From Octopus bimaculoides (taxonomy: Eukaryota), in assembly GCF_001194135.2 (NCBI RefSeq), contig NC_069000.1, positions 25,244,972-25,308,971 of the forward strand: a DNA stretch of 64,000 nucleotides. The letters are read 5' to 3'. Shown in pieces: positions 61,200 to 64,000 of this stretch (position 1 is the first letter of the stretch; each line of letters opens with the position of its first letter). The notes under the pieces were generated by a model, which saw nothing but the letters and a program-made list of their open reading frames with translations, ran no database searches and was not told the origin of the DNA. A program made the translations under genes and the position numbers.

Positions 61200-62050
61200 T
61201 TATATTGAAAATATAACAATGTTCTGCAATCATTTTAACGTTTTCTATGCGTTTAGTTCGTTTGGAACAATAAAGCTCCCAAATTCATTTTTATCAACGT
61301 TTCCAGGTTCATCTTCAGGTTGTGGAGTCGTTTTGGCTTCTGTGCTGCCCTTTTCATTGTGAGTAGCTTTTATTTATACAAATATTCCCACTAGAATTTG
61401 ACTGCTAGAGCATTAAGGTTTTACATAATCGGATTTGCTTTTGTGAAGTGTCTATGTTAATTGAAAACATGTGTTACGATATTAACATGGTTTCCATAAT
61501 AAGTCATCTATCTCTGTGGGGAATTCTATAAAGTATGCAAGTATTTTCTGTCAATATTGTCTTAACTCTGGTTTATGGTATGTAGTGTAATTGCTCTTTA
61601 TTTTGAATAATTGATCCTTGTTTTAACTAACTGGCGAACCTACCGAGAGAGTGCTGCAGTATCTGGTTAGTGTAACATTTGGAATTGTGAAGTTTTCAGC
61701 TTCCCCTTTTACAGTCAAGTTTACATTGATCATTTGTAGCTTGTTCTCAAGTTTACATGTTTGCGATGAGTTTTTGATAAGGTGATTGTTTTAATATTGC
61801 CTCTGCAATATGTTACTAGTGTCAGCTTATGGTTTGGTGTGCCACATTTTGTGTTTCGTTTACTTCGATTTTTGATTATGCATCCATTTACCTGGTATAC
61901 ATTATATACACTTTGTGTATAATATGCATATTTTTAGTAGGGTACTGTCTAATTAATGTACGTGATGTTTTTATGCTTTGTATTTCTATTTATATTCATC
62001 AGTAGTTTGGTCTTCTGGTCTGAATATTCGTTGTTAATTACTGATTGCAT
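61200..62050 (-). mobile_element. decayed Penelope-like element (terminal repeat region)
   Basis: Minus strand CCTGAAGATGAACCTGGAAACGTTG (61295-61319) resembles the CTGA(A/T)GA..GAAACG terminal motif of Penelope-like elements; A-rich decayed coding texture. Confidence 0.45.
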
Positions 62051-62075
62051 TATTGTGCATATTCTTCATTTAGTG

Positions 62076-62190
62076 CAGGCATAGCCAACCTCTTTTGAGA
62101 AGTGGATCTCATGAGACATGACTCATCATCAGATGGTCTGTACTGATTAAAAAAATTCAAGTCCTGCAGGTTGCAGATTGCCCATCACTG
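62076..62190. mobile_element. short hAT-like MITE relic
   Basis: CAGGCATAGCCAACCT at the left end, GATTGCCCATCACTG at the right; imperfect 8-bp flanks ATTTAGTG and AGCTAGTG. Confidence 0.4.
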
Positions 62191-62244
62191 AGCTAGTGCT
62201 TCATTTGTAGAAGAGAATCAAATACATTTATTCAATCTGATCTA

Positions 62245-62305
<61 letters not shown>

Positions 62306-62879
62306 NNNNNNNNNNNNNNNNNNNNNNNNNNNNNNNNNNNNNNNNNNNNNNNNNNNNNNNNNNNNNNNNNNNNNNNNNNNNNNNNNNNNNNNNNNNNNNN
62401 NNNNNNNNNNNNNNNNNNNNNNNNNNNNNNNNNNNNNNNNNNNNNNNNNNNNNNNNNNNNNNNNNNNNNNNNNNNNNNNNNNNNNNNNNNNNNNNNNNNN
62501 NNNNNNNNNNNNNNNNNNNNNNNNNNNNNNNNNNNNNNNNNNNNNNNNNNNNNNNNNNNNNNNNNNNNNNNNNNNNNNNNNNNNNNNNNNNNNNNNNNNN
62601 NNNNNNNNNNNNNNNNNNNNNNNNNNNNNNNNNNNNNNNNNNNNNNNNNNNNNNNNNNNNNNNNNNNNNNNNNNNNNNNNNNNNNNNNNNNNNNNNNNNN
62701 NNNNNNNNNNNNNNNNNNNNNNNNNNNNNNNNNNNNNNNNNNNNNNNNNNNNNNNNNNNNNNNNNNNNNNNNNNNNNNNNNNNNNNNNNNNNNNNNNNNN
62801 NNNNNNNNNNNNNNNNNTTATAGTTTTAAGATATCTCTGTGTCTAATTTGTACTATTTTCTTTCAGATTATCTAACTTC

Positions 62880-64000
62880 TGGCCATAATTCTCAGAAAAT
62901 TTTACCACCATGTTTGTCCCATCGAAAGATCACATAAAAAATGTTTTACTCTACAAGTTTCATAAAATTGTTAATGCAAGTGCGGCAGCAAGATCTATTC
63001 AGAGCACTTATGGGGATGATGTAGTGAATGAACGAAGTTGCAGGAGGTGATTTTCCCGTTTCCGAAATGGTGATTTCACTTTGAAAAAAGAGCCAAAAAG
63101 GGTCGTCCAAAAAAAAAAAATGATTCCGAAATGTTGGAAGTTTTTGTTTCAGAGAACCCTGTCGTTACCACTAGGGAACTTACAGAACAGTTAAACGTGA
63201 TCCATACAAGCGTGGTACACCAGCTAAAACGCAAGGTTTCAGTGGATGGAAAATGGGTCCCTCACGAGCTGTCTGTCTCCAGAGAATCGACAGCAGCGTG
63301 CTGCTTGTCAATCTTTGCTTTCGCGACACTTTCAAGCAACATTTTTTAGACTGGCTTGTTACAGGTGATGAGAAGTGGATTCTTTACCATAATGTTAAAC
63401 GCCGCCATTCTTGGATCAATTGAGGAGGACGGCCAGTTCAACAACCGAGAGCAGGACTTTATCCAAAGAAGATCATGTTGAGAGTATAGTGGGATATTAA
63501 AGGAGTAATCCATTATGAACTGTTGGATAACAACCAAACAATTAATACTAATCTTTACTGTGAGCAGCTTCGTCATTTGGAAACAGTCCTGAACCAAAAG
63601 CGAGCATCCTTGGTTAACAGAAAGGGAGTCACCTTCCATCACGATAATGCTCGTGCTCACACAGCTCGACTGACCAAAACTCTCTTGGAAGAACTTGGTT
63701 GGGAAATACTGCCTCATCCTCCATATTCTCCTGACTTTTCTCCTTCTGATTACCATTTGTTCCGAGGACTACAGAACCATTTTGATGGACTTAGGTTAAC
63801 AACAAGAGAAGAGACTGAAAATGAGTTGGATTCATATTTTGGTTCTAAATCTACAGAATTTTACAAGTAAGGCATTTATAAGGTTGTTGAAAGATGGAAT
63901 GAGGCCATTGAAAGCAATGGAGAGTATGTTAATGAATAAATATTTCCATAGTCATTGACTTATTCATTTTTACCATAGATCTTTAAATCGGACATTACTT
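62880..64000 (+). mobile_element. near full-length mariner (D,D34D) element; transposase pseudogene 62910-63939
   Basis: GKWVPHELS, LVTGDEKWILYHN, FHHDNARAH, HPPYSPDFSPSDYHLF with 34 residues between the 2nd and 3rd Asp; several stops and frameshifts. Confidence 0.95.

Noticed and set aside
61307-61358. + strand 52-nt exon with a GTGAGT donor
   Set aside because: Overlaps the Penelope-like terminal motif on the minus strand.
62845-63939. Domesticated or SETMAR-like spliced mariner (strong acceptor upstream of the ATG)
   Set aside because: There is an in-frame TAA between the acceptor and the ATG, and the transposase has multiple stops and frameshifts.

Overview
Eukaryotic, AT-rich, microsatellite-saturated draft-assembly DNA with about 15 N-gaps (roughly 5 kb). 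The SINE repertoire and repeat density suggest an octopod cephalopod (inference). No intact protein-coding gene, RNA gene or CRISPR array is supported; almost all listed ORFs are microsatellite, N-gap or decayed transposon frames. The window is a graveyard of nested mobile elements: at least 14 R4/Dong-like (RT plus restriction-like endonuclease) LINE remnants, mostly embedded in (AAT)n arrays between 38 and 58.5 kb; three Tx1/L1-like, three RTE, three Penelope-like and one or two CR1-like remnants; several mariner relics (one near full length, D,D34D); a Helitron 3' end; and many tRNA-derived SINEs. The most unusual items are: (1) a roughly 570 bp MITE in two copies with GGATC termini and 8-bp TSDs, built as nested palindromes around an inverted telomeric (TAACCC)n/(GGGTTA)n core; (2) an RTE ORF ending in two canonical C2H2 zinc fingers; (3) a fold-back template-switch hairpin and a possible gene-conversion tract between inverted Dong copies; (4) two head-to-head Tx1/Dong junctions; (5) three well-formed minus-strand splice-site islands hinting at a host gene, possibly ending in a peroxisomal-type RRAKL-stop; and (6) a tentative decayed family-B polymerase fragment. 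All translations and alignments were done by eye; boundaries of old elements are approximate.
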